DNA of 64,000 bases from Christensenellaceae bacterium (GTDB lineage: Bacteria > Bacillota > Clostridia > Christensenellales > Borkfalkiaceae), in contig JAZOPZ010000015.1 in assembly GCA_045655805.1 (NCBI GenBank), forward strand, positions 41,704 through 105,703, written 5' to 3'. Shown piece after piece: positions 49,276 through 57,137 of the stretch; within the stretch, counting starts at the first letter, position 1; the number at the start of each line of letters is the position of its first letter. Under the pieces are notes generated by a model. It was given only the letters and a program-made list of their open reading frames with translations. It was not told the DNA's origin and did no database searches. The position numbers and the translations under genes are program-made.

Positions 49276-50570
49276 ATGAAAATTTATCCAGTAACGGATT
49301 TCGGCGCAATTCCAAACGGCGACGGTTTGCAAACTGAATATTTTCAAAAGGCAATAGACACTGCTTTTTTAGCGGGTGGTGGTGAAGTTGTAGTTCCTGC
49401 AGGTAGTTATATAATGGTGGGATTAGACTTCGTTCAAACATAGTATTTCGCGTAAAATCGGGCGCTACTATCTTTGGTACTAGAGACGTTTCAGAGTATT
49501 GGTTCTATCTTAACGATACCATTGAACCGTACCCTATGGAGTTTGTTACAGACAAAAACTACGTGCGTCCACAATTTAGAAATAACGATTTTGACTTCTT
49601 AAAAGAAGGTTCGCGTTGGAATAACGCGTTGATTAGGATTGATTTTGCGCAAAACGTTTCGCTTATTGGGGAAGAAGGCGCTGTTATAGACGGTCAAGAC
49701 CCCTACGATCCTGTTAACGAAGAGTTTTATCGTGGACCACACGGCGTTACGATAGCATATTCTAAAAACGTAACTTGCAAAGGTTTTACTTTGCAAAACA
49801 CGGGGAATTGGGCTTTTAATATTAGATATTCGCAAAACGCCAAATTTGAAGATATAACGGTAAACGGCGGGCACGACGGAGTGCATATGACTACTTGCGA
49901 AAATATAATTATTAAAAACTGTAATTTTTACACGGGTGACGACTGCGTTGCCGGTATGGGCAATCTTAACGTTTACGTTAGCGATTGTATAATGAATACT
50001 GCTTGTTCGGCATTTAGGTTCGGTGGCACAAATTTATATGCCGAAAGGTGTAAGGTGTATGGTCCTGCTGAATATTTTTTCCGTGGAGGGCTGTCGCTAG
50101 AGGATAAAATAAAAGGTGGACCTGCAAAAGTTGGCAGAAATAACACTCTTTCTATTTTTACCTATTACGCTGATAAAACTGCGCCTATTCCATATTTACC
50201 GGGTAATATACAAATAGTTGATTTCGAGGCTAAAAACGTGGATAGGTTTTTGCACTACAACTTTTCGGGTAACGAAGTTTGGCAACTGGCTGTTCCGCTT
50301 AAATCTATACGGTTTGAAAACGTTAAGGCTGAAAACGTTGCGTTGCCACTTACTGCTTACGGTGATAAACAGGTTAAAATCGACCTTGAACTTAAAAATG
50401 TAGACGTTGATTTTGGAGTGGAAAATATACCGTTTATTCAAGGCGCGCATTTTGACAAGTTGACGCTAGAAAACGTAAAAATTAAAGGTAAAATCAGTTC
50501 GCTCGTTAAGTCTTGGACGGACGGAGGTAAAATGACGTTTGATAACGTTACGGGTTATATACCTGAATAA
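49276..50570 (+). pseudogene. Glycoside hydrolase family 28 (polygalacturonase-like) gene interrupted by one frameshift
   Basis: 55-codon N-terminal fragment (MKIYPVTDFGAIPNGDGLQTEYFQKAIDTAFLAGGGEVVVPAGSY..) stops at 49441. The next frame, open from 49407, continues GGIRLRSNIVF... into ORF 49536..50570, which has parallel beta-helix repeats (GHDGVHM, TGDDCVA). Frames differ by 1 nt near 49410-49425. Confidence 0.65.
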
Positions 50571-50634
50571 AAAGTTATCGTTACGGATGAAGAATTTATT
50601 TGCAATCCTATATAATTGGTGTTATATAATGCTT

Positions 50635-50658
50635 AACGGTATTATGAAAACTGACCAA
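50635..50658 (+). repeat. Dispersed 24-nt repeat, variant copy (AACGGTATTATGAAAACTGACCAA)
   Basis: 18/24 identity to the consensus. Lies 20 nt before structured element A. Confidence 0.6.
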
Positions 50659-50676
50659 AATAATTTTAATCAAATT

Positions 50677-51048
50677 AAAAAGGCGAGTTTGTCGCTCTTC
50701 CCATAGGGAATTGCGACAACTAAATAAATCCTTACGGATTTGTGATAATTTGAAAAATTTTCTTGCAAAGCAAGATATTTTTCAAAGTGATATTGCCTAC
50801 GGCAGTTATATTCGACTTGCGTCGAGCTAAGGATTTGTTTAATATAACTTTGGCGTAGTCAAAATATAACTGCTTGTAAATCAAGCAATATCACTTTTAG
50901 CCACAAGGCTAAAAATATAACTAATATGTTTCAATTTTTTGTGGACAAGAAAAGCACACTACATTTCACTTTTAGTGAAGTATAGTGTGCTACACTTTTG
51001 TTATGGATAAATAATCCCTAAGCGAAGAGCCCTTTTGCTCGCCTTTTT
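50677..51048 (+). ncRNA. Hairpin-dense non-coding element, copy A (342-nt conserved core 50688-51029 enclosed by AAAAA-GGCGAG...CTCGCC-TTTTT); candidate structured RNA or MITE-like element
   Basis: Reverse-complement twin at 53896-54268. At least 9 local hairpins and two 9-11-bp long-range pairings (AGTTATATT/AATATAACT; AAAGTGATATT/AATATCACTTT). The ncRNA type and the strand are tentative; the strand rests on G-U pairs that exist only in this sense. Confidence 0.6.
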
Positions 51049-51060
51049 CGTTTTCAAATA

Positions 51061-51867
51061 TTAGTCGTGGTAGCCTTTCTTTCTTAAAAGGTCTAAAACG
51101 ACGTCAGGGTTATTGCAGGTGATAAGTTCAGCACCTACTTCAATCGCACGGTCAACGCCACCTTCGTCTTTTACACTTGCTCCTGCCCAAGGTTGAACGC
51201 CTTTGGCAGTCATTTTATCGCATACGTCTTTATCTGGAATATTATACTTGTCCCAAGTGTCCGTAAACATACAAGAGCAATAAGCATATTCGTAAGGGTT
51301 TCTGGTTGTATTACTCATACAGTTTGACGGATAGTACACGTGTTGACGATATTTTTTGCCGTATTTATTATTAATATATTCGTTAAGTCTGCCACTCCAA
51401 GAGTTGATAACTACTCTATCGGTAAAGCCATAGTCGTCAACAATTTTTAATACTCTATCGCAAACGCTATAAGCAAGTTCTTCTCTGCCGTCGGTAGGGT
51501 ATTCTTTAAGTTCAATATCGACGGTCATTTCAGGCAACGTTTTAACGTAGTCCATAAATTCAATAAAGGTGGGGATTTTTTCGCCCTTAAATTCTTCTCC
51601 CTTATGAATACCTGCGTCAAGCACTTTAAGTTCACTTAAAAACTTTTCACAAACTTTGCCCTTGCCGTTTGTGGTACGGTCAACGGTGGCATCGTGAATA
51701 ATTACTAATTCGTTATCAAGTGTTACTCTAACATCAATTTCTAATTGGTCAACACCTATTTCAACAGCCTTTTTAAATGCAATCATAGTATTTTCAGGAT
51801 ACTTTGAACACCAACCACGGTGTGCTGCTACGTAAATGTTCTTTTTAGATTGTTTCCAATAATTCAT
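51061..51867 (-). CDS. Glycerophosphodiester phosphodiesterase
   Basis: AHRGWCSKYPENT and EIDVRVTLDNELVIIHD motifs of the GDPD family. Confidence 0.88.
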   Translation of the reverse strand: MNYWKQSKKNIYVAAHRGWCSKYPENTMIAFKKAVEIGVDQLEIDVRVTLDNELVIIHDATVDRTTNGKGKVCEKFLSELKVLDAGIHKGEEFKGEKIPTFIEFMDYVKTLPEMTVDIELKEYPTDGREELAYSVCDRVLKIVDDYGFTDRVVINSWSGRLNEYINNKYGKKYRQHVYYPSNCMSNTTRNPYEYAYCSCMFTDTWDKYNIPDKDVCDKMTAKGVQPWAGASVKDEGGVDRAIEVGAELITCNNPDVVLDLLRKKGYHD

Positions 51868-51943
51868 AATACTGCCCCCTTGTATCGTGTTGATTTAGAT
51901 AATTTTAGCATAATTATTTTGAAAATTCAATGCACAACTAAAA

Positions 51944-52481
51944 TTATGTGTTTAGAATTTCGATTTGACAAGTAGCCATTGCCGAAAGAGCATTTTGATG
52001 ACTTTCTTTGCTAACGCCGGCGCAACCTTTAGTGTCTACTTTAACGGTTACTTCTGGTAAGGTCGCCTTAATTAACATTGCGTTTGAGATTACGCAAATA
52101 TCCGTACAAAGTCCTAATAAAGTAACCGTTTCGATAGGCTCAAGGTTGTTCGCTTTTTTCAAAATTTCTGCAAGTTCAGTCGAGCCAAAGGTCGGTTTGT
52201 CGATCACCATGCATTTTGAAGCGTAGGGGGGCAAGTGATTTATCTATTTGCCAACCGTCAGTACCTTTTATGCAATGTGGTACAGGTAATTTTTTGCCTT
52301 CTTGTGTTTTAAGGTAGTCTTCTTGGTGGGTATCTCTTGTAAAAATTACGATTTCGCCACTATCAAAAGACTGCTTTACGCAATCTGCGACGTGCGGTAC
52401 GATAGCAACGGCGTCAGCGCTACCGAGCGCACCGTCGATAAAGTCCTTTTGCATGTCAACTACTATTAAAAAGTTTTGCAT
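51944..52481 (-). pseudogene. Isochorismatase/nicotinamidase-family cysteine hydrolase, split by a +1 insertion in a C6 (plus-strand G6) tract
   Basis: ORFs 52176..52481 (MQNFLIVVDMQKDF...) and 51944..52234 (..VIDKPTFGSTEL...GLCTDICV..) are the two halves of one family member. Removing one base from the G6 run at 52226-52231 fuses them as ..KSLAPYASKCMVIDKP... Confidence 0.75.
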
Positions 52482-52490
52482 AAATTTCTC

Positions 52491-52970
52491 CTATTTCGTA
52501 AGGTCTGAATATTCAGCGTTTAAAAAGTTTTTAAGGTCGTTAGGGGGTAGTATGATTTGTTCACCACGCATACCTGCACTAACATAAATTTTGTCCCATA
52601 AAATAGCCGTTTCGTCTATAAAGGTAGGAAATTTTTTCTTCATGCCGATAGGGGAGCAACCCCCTCTTATATAGCCCGTTAACGGCAAAAGTTCTTTTAC
52701 GGCAATTAGTTCAACTCGCTTGTCCTTGCTAGCCACAGCGCATTTTTTAAGGTCTAATTCTTCCTTGACGGGTATGACGTAAACCCTAGGTTCGCCCTTG
52801 TCGTTTTTGGCAACTAGTGTTTTAAAAATAATTTCACAATCAACGCCTAAAACTTTGGCTACGTGTACGCCCGAAAGATCGCTTTCGTCTACTTCGTAAC
52901 AAGCAGTCTCGTAGGGGATTTTATTAGTTTCTAAAGCGCGCATCGCGTTGGTTTTAAGTAGTTTCGCCAT
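52491..52970 (-). CDS. ybaK: Cys-tRNA(Pro)/Cys-tRNA(Cys) deacylase YbaK/EbsC
   Basis: 159 aa. The TNAMRALE..IPYE N-terminus and GGCSPIG motif are typical of YbaK. Confidence 0.85.
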   Translation of the reverse strand: MAKLLKTNAMRALETNKIPYETACYEVDESDLSGVHVAKVLGVDCEIIFKTLVAKNDKGEPRVYVIPVKEELDLKKCAVASKDKRVELIAVKELLPLTGYIRGGCSPIGMKKKFPTFIDETAILWDKIYVSAGMRGEQIILPPNDLKNFLNAEYSDLTK

Positions 52971-53092
52971 ATTTTTATTGTAGCACTTTCAAAATAAAAT
53001 TACAAGACGTATTGACATATTTTATAATATGTTTTACAATTGATTTGCCAAAAGAAGGGCTTAATTTATTTTGTTACGTGACGAGGTTTGTT

Positions 53093-53878
53093 ATGAAAAA
53101 AATTGCGTTTGGAGTTTATCCACAAGGCAAAAGGATGTGTGTGACTTTTTCGTATGACGACGGAAAGTTGAACGATATTAGGCTTTGTGAACTTTTCAAA
53201 AAATACGGTATGAAAGCGACTTTTAACTTAAATTCTTCAAATATCGGTAGAGATACTTATATTTCTCAAGATGACGTTAAAAAAATGGTCGCGGACGGTT
53301 TTGAAGTAGCCGTTCACAGTGTTTTTCATCCACTTTTGGAAACGATGCCTGACCAAATTATTGTTAATGAGATTTTAGAAGACAAGCGCGCTCTTGAAAA
53401 AATGACTGGTAATATTATTACGGGTATGGCGTATCCTTTTGGCACTTACGATAAAAGGGTAACTGATATTGCAAAGCGTTGTGGTATAAAATATTCTCGC
53501 ACAACGAAGTATGACGGTTATAGTTTTTCTACCGATTTTATTGAGTGGAATTCAACTTGTCATCATAGGGATATGGCTAAATTTTTACCTTTGCCAGAGC
53601 ATTGGTGGACAAACTTGTTCTACGTTTGGGGGCACTCTTACGAATTTAACACCGAAGAACTTTGGCAAGAGTTTGAAAACAACCTTAAGCAAATTGCGTT
53701 TAGTGACAAATATTGGTACGCAACTAACGGTGAAATTTGCGAATATATAACGGCGCAAAAATCTTTAATATTCTCCGCGGATTGCGATATGGTTTATAAT
53801 CCAACGGCAATAGACGTATGTATTTTGGTTGATGACATTTGCGTTGAAGTAAAAGCCGGGCAGACGGTTTCATTTTAA
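53093..53878 (+). CDS. Polysaccharide deacetylase (NodB-homology) family protein
   Basis: TFSYDDG motif 1, HSVFH motif 2. The ATG at 53093 inside ORF 53012..53878 follows GACGAGG. Confidence 0.8.
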   Translation: MKKIAFGVYPQGKRMCVTFSYDDGKLNDIRLCELFKKYGMKATFNLNSSNIGRDTYISQDDVKKMVADGFEVAVHSVFHPLLETMPDQIIVNEILEDKRALEKMTGNIITGMAYPFGTYDKRVTDIAKRCGIKYSRTTKYDGYSFSTDFIEWNSTCHHRDMAKFLPLPEHWWTNLFYVWGHSYEFNTEELWQEFENNLKQIAFSDKYWYATNGEICEYITAQKSLIFSADCDMVYNPTAIDVCILVDDICVEVKAGQTVSF

Positions 53879-53895
53879 ACATTATATAATATAAT

Positions 53896-54268
53896 AAAAA
53901 AGAACGGTAAGCCTCTCTTCGCTTAGGAATTTTTTATCCATAACAAAAGTGTAGCACACTATACTTCACTAAAAGTGAAATGTAGTGTGCTTTTCTTGTC
54001 CACAAAAAATTGAAACATATTAGTGATATTTTTAGCCTTGTGGCTAAAAGTGATATGCAAAACAAGTTTTGCGTGATATTTTGGCTAACGCCAAAGTTAT
54101 ATTAAATAAATCCTTAACTTGCCAAGGCAAATATAACTGCCGTAGGCAATATCACTTTGAAAAATATCTTGCTTTGCAAGAAAATTTTTCAAATTATCAC
54201 AAATCCGTAAGGATTTATTTAGTTGTCGCAATTCCCTACGGGAAGAGCGACAAACGCCGTTCTTTTTT
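53896..54268 (-). ncRNA. Hairpin-dense non-coding element, copy B (340-nt core 53915-54254 enclosed by AAAAAA-GAACGG...CCGTTC-TTTTTT); inverted twin of copy A
   Basis: The reverse complement aligns with copy A end to end. It is near-identical outside the segment 54057-54130, where three hairpins have different sequences. Confidence 0.6.
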
Positions 54269-54290
54269 ATTGTGTTTTAAAATTAAAGAC

Positions 54291-54327
54291 AAAAAAATCC
54301 CACTCAAGAAGAGTGGGATAATATTTT
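54291..54327 (-). terminator. Intrinsic terminator of the PH-domain gene
   Basis: Minus-strand ATCCCACTC-ttctt-GAGTGGGAT followed by TTTTTTT. Confidence 0.85.
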
Positions 54328-54347
54328 ACGCGTAATTAAAATAAATA

Positions 54348-54836
54348 TTAGGAACCAAATACGTGGCTAACCTTGTTTGAATCGCTATCCATAACGCCTT
54401 CAAGATACTTCTTTAACTTTTCAGGTTTTTTAATACCAACGGTACCAACATCAAGTTCATCGCCACCAAAATTATCGATAACGATATCGCCGTAGCCAAA
54501 AAGTCTAGCACGGAAGGTTTTAAAGATGCTTACTGCTTTAACGCCAAAGAAAGCGGTTTGTTTTTCCCATCTACGGAAAACGCCTCTCTTTTGAACGATT
54601 CTATCATCATAGAATTCAATGGCAACACAGCCGTTGCTGATAAGTTTACAAATAAGTTTTAATAACCAAAGTGCACCAAGAGCAATAGGTACAATGGTTG
54701 CTACGGTTGCAAGCATACCAGTTAAGCCAAGTGCGCCAGGAAGCACGAGACCAACGATAACAAGTGCTGCAATAAGAGCGAGTTTCCATAATTTGATTAC
54801 TTTCCAAGCGCTCATTTTAACTACGTAATTAGGCAT
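54348..54836 (-). CDS. Bacterial PH-domain (bPH_2 / YdbT-like, membrane-flanked) protein
   Basis: Two TM helices followed by a short beta-rich domain. The ATG at 54836 is 7 nt after AAGGAG (ORF track extends to 54857). TTGACA-17-TATAAT promoter at about 54868-54896 on the minus strand. Confidence 0.65.
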   Translation of the reverse strand: MPNYVVKMSAWKVIKLWKLALIAALVIVGLVLPGALGLTGMLATVATIVPIALGALWLLKLICKLISNGCVAIEFYDDRIVQKRGVFRRWEKQTAFFGVKAVSIFKTFRARLFGYGDIVIDNFGGDELDVGTVGIKKPEKLKKYLEGVMDSDSNKVSHVFGS

Positions 54837-55071
54837 AATAAATCTCCTTGTGAACATCGTTCGTATATATTATATACTTATAATTGCAACTTGTCAATAA
54901 AAAAAATAAATTTTCTCACTAAATATTTATCTTTTTTGTGCTATTTTTTGCTTTTAGCAAAGAGTTTTTTCCAAATTTTTACACATTTTTTTAATATCAA
55001 ATGCAAATCATTGTTATTTTCTTAAAAAGATTTTAGTGTAGTTTTTTATAATTGGTATCGTTTGAAGTGGG

Positions 55072-55095
55072 AACGGTATTGTGAAAGTTGACCAC
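55072..55095 (+). repeat. Dispersed 24-nt repeat copy (AACGGTATTGTGAAAGTTGACCAC)
   Basis: 21/24 identity to copy 1. Confidence 0.75.
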
Positions 55096-55105
55096 GATAT
55101 ATTAT

Positions 55106-55127
55106 ACGGAGTGTAGAAATTGACCAT
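55106..55127 (+). repeat. Dispersed repeat, degenerate adjacent copy (ACGGAGTGTAGAAATTGACCAT)
   Basis: Its 3' half, with flank ATTGACCATTT...TTTTGCA, matches the 29666(-) copy with its flank. Confidence 0.45.
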
Positions 55128-55191
55128 TTTTTGCAAAAAATTCAATTTTTTGTTAAATATTTAAATTTGCAACAAAACAATATTTAAAAAA

Positions 55192-55330
55192 GCGTCGGCG
55201 AAATTTACTAAAAACAGTTCTCTAAACTGTTTTTCTAGCGTAAATTTACCCAAGGGTTCTGCGTCCTGCAGTTAAATAAAAAAACCACCTCTGTGGTTTT
55301 AGACAAACTGTTGGTGTTGGTAACAGGACT
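55192..55330 (-). repeat. Tandem duplication unit 1 (139 bp), ending in a 19-nt copy of the tRNA-Leu 3' end (55312-55330)
   Basis: About 90% identical to 55371-55510. Differences fall mostly in hairpin loops. Confidence 0.85.
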
Positions 55331-55370
55331 ACGTGCAAAACTTCGTTTTCACTTGCCCCGCCTCCTTGGT

Positions 55371-55510
55371 GCGTCGGCGAAATTTACTAAAAACAGTTCC
55401 CCAAACTGTTTTTCTTAACGCAAATTTACCCAAGGGTTCTGCGTCCTGTGCTAAAATAAAAAAACCACCCTAGTGGTTTTAGACAAACTGTTGGTGTTGG
55501 TAACAGGACT
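55371..55510 (-). repeat. Tandem duplication unit 2 (140 bp), overlapping the genuine 3' end of tRNA-Leu and its terminator
   Basis: Contains the minus-strand terminator AAAACCAC-taggg-GTGGTTTTTTT and a long AAAAACAGTT/AACTGTTTTT hairpin. Confidence 0.85.
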
Positions 55511-55574
55511 TGAACCTGCATGGTTGCCCATAGGAGTCTGAGACCTACGCGTCTGCCAATTCCGCCATACCAAC
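55492..55574 (-). tRNA. tRNA-Leu (anticodon CAG), CCA encoded
   Basis: Manual fold: acceptor GTTGGTA/TACCAAC, D-arm GCGG-AATTGGCAGA-CGCG, anticodon arm TAGGT-CTCAGAC-TCCTA, long variable arm, T-arm ACAGG-TTCAAGT-CCTGT, A73, CCA. Confidence 0.9.
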
Positions 55575-55578
55575 AAAT

Positions 55579-55652
55579 TGGAGCAGGTGAAGGGAATCGA
55601 ACCCTCGAATACTGCTTGGGAAGCAGTCATTTTACCACTAAATTACACCTGC
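55579..55652 (-). tRNA. tRNA-Gly (anticodon CCC), CCA encoded
   Basis: Manual fold: acceptor GCAGGTG/CACCTGC, D-arm ATTT-AGTGGTA-AAAT, anticodon arm ACTGC-TTCCCAA-GCAGT, T-arm GAGGG-TTCGATT-CCCTT, U73, CCA. Confidence 0.92.
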
Positions 55653-55803
55653 ACGATAAAAAATATTCAAAATCCTAATTCAGTATAACAATTATTTGCT
55701 AAAAAGTAAATCGAAATAACGAATTTTTTGTTTTAAATCTTGCAAATAATGTAAAAATGAGTTATACTTATTAAGTAATTACAATAATTTTTAAGGAGAC
55801 GTT

Positions 55804-56844
55804 ATGGCTTTATTTTCAAAAATTATAGAATGGGCAGACGATAGCAAAGACGTTATCGTTTACAAATATCCACTTGCAAAAGCGGGTAGAGAATTGAATA
55901 ATAAAAGTAAACTTATCGTAAGAGAAAGTCAAGAAGCAGTTTTTGTTCACAAAGGTCAAATTTGTGATATTTTCCCTGCAGGTACTTACAATTTGGGTAC
56001 TGACATTTTTCCAATACTTTCAAAACTTGCAGGTTGGAGATACGGTTTCCAATCACCTATTACTTGCGATATTTACTTTGTAAATGTAAAACAATTCACC
56101 AATATGCGTTGGGGTACTTCAAATCCTATTATTATTAGGGACCCTGAATTTGGTGTGGTTAGAGTAAAAGGCTACGGCGCATATTCTTTTAAGGTTGACA
56201 ATGTTGAAGTTTTCCTTAAGGAACTTTTTGGCACGAATTCTTCGTTCAAGACAGAAGATATTATCGGTTGGCTTAAAACGATGCTCGTTACTTACATAAC
56301 CGACGCTATTGGCGAAAGTAGAATTTCCGTTCTCGATATGGCGGGCAATACCATTGAATTTAACCAAATTATCACGGCTAACGTTCAACTTAAGTTTAAG
56401 GAAATCGGTCTTAAACTCGTTAACCTTATGATTGAAAATATTTCTCTTCCTGCTGAAGTTGAAAAGAGAATTGATGAAAGAAGTGGCTACGGTATTTTGT
56501 CGGATTCTACCGATACTATGATGAAAATTGCTGCCGCCGACGCTATGCGTGACGCTGCTAAAAATACTGGTTCAGGTGGTATGTTTATGGGTGCAGGCGT
56601 TGGTATTGGCGCAGGCGCAGGCATCGGCCAAGTTTTTGCTGACGCTATGAATTCTAAACCTTCAAAACCTGCGCCTGAAAAAGCGGGCGCAACCTGTCCA
56701 AAATGTGGTGCAGGTGTTTCGGCAAGCGCAAAATTCTGCCCTGAATGTGGCGAAAAATTAAACGCTAAAAAGTTCTGCCCTGAGTGTGGTGCAGAAGTAA
56801 AAGCGAGCGCAAAATTCTGCCCTGAATGTGGCGAAAAATTTTAA
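55804..56844 (+). CDS. SPFH-domain protein (YdjI / virion-core-protein-like family) with three C-terminal zinc-ribbon repeats
   Basis: N-terminus MALFSKIIEW.D...VYKYP and an SPFH core. Gly-rich linker, then CPKCG..FCPECG..FCPECG..FCPECG. The 32-nt segment gcaaaattctgccctgaatgtggcgaaaaatt occurs twice (56731, 56811). Confidence 0.75.
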   Translation: MALFSKIIEWADDSKDVIVYKYPLAKAGRELNNKSKLIVRESQEAVFVHKGQICDIFPAGTYNLGTDIFPILSKLAGWRYGFQSPITCDIYFVNVKQFTNMRWGTSNPIIIRDPEFGVVRVKGYGAYSFKVDNVEVFLKELFGTNSSFKTEDIIGWLKTMLVTYITDAIGESRISVLDMAGNTIEFNQIITANVQLKFKEIGLKLVNLMIENISLPAEVEKRIDERSGYGILSDSTDTMMKIAAADAMRDAAKNTGSGGMFMGAGVGIGAGAGIGQVFADAMNSKPSKPAPEKAGATCPKCGAGVSASAKFCPECGEKLNAKKFCPECGAEVKASAKFCPECGEKF

Positions 56845-56933
56845 TCTTTAAACATTATTTAAAATAGCGCGCGTAAGGAATATTTTTTGCTTATAGCGTA
56901 AAACTAAAATTATAACTAAAAGGAGACTATATT

Positions 56934-57134
56934 ATGGAAAAGAAAATTATTACCGGCGATACCAAAATCTTCGATGTACTCGAAGTAAACCCAAATGCAC
57001 CTGAAATTTTAATGTCTTACGGCATGCATTGTTTAGGTTGCGCGCTCGCTCACGGTGAAACCGTTGAAGAAGCAGCAGGTGTTCACGGTGCTGATCTTGA
57101 AAAATTACTTGAAGAACTTAACGACGTAGAATAA
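56934..57134 (+). CDS. DUF1858 / hybrid-cluster-protein-associated redox disulfide domain protein
   Basis: 66 aa. The sequence ..I.DVLE.NP.APEILMSYGMHCLGCALAHGETVEEAAGVHG.DLEKLLEELN matches the family signature. Confidence 0.85.
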   Translation: MEKKIITGDTKIFDVLEVNPNAPEILMSYGMHCLGCALAHGETVEEAAGVHGADLEKLLEELNDVE

Positions 57135-57137
57135 TTT

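Noticed and set aside
50841-50922. Four direct AATAT(A/C)ACT 9-mers separated by 13-18-nt segments, considered as a mini CRISPR-like array.
   Set aside because: Repeats of 9 nt and palindromic spacers of 13-18 nt are far outside CRISPR dimensions. There are no cas genes, and the whole block is duplicated as part of a larger element.
54069-54335. 88-aa ORF inside structured element copy B.
   Set aside because: It has no counterpart reading frame in copy A, because the variable centre changes it. There is no RBS, and the sequence is explained by the hairpin-rich repeat.
55331-55370. AAGGAGG-like sequence on the minus strand in the 40-nt spacer between the tandem units, followed by a GTG and a 7-codon frame.
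   Set aside because: The frame stops after 7 codons (MKTKFCT), so it is too short to support as a gene.
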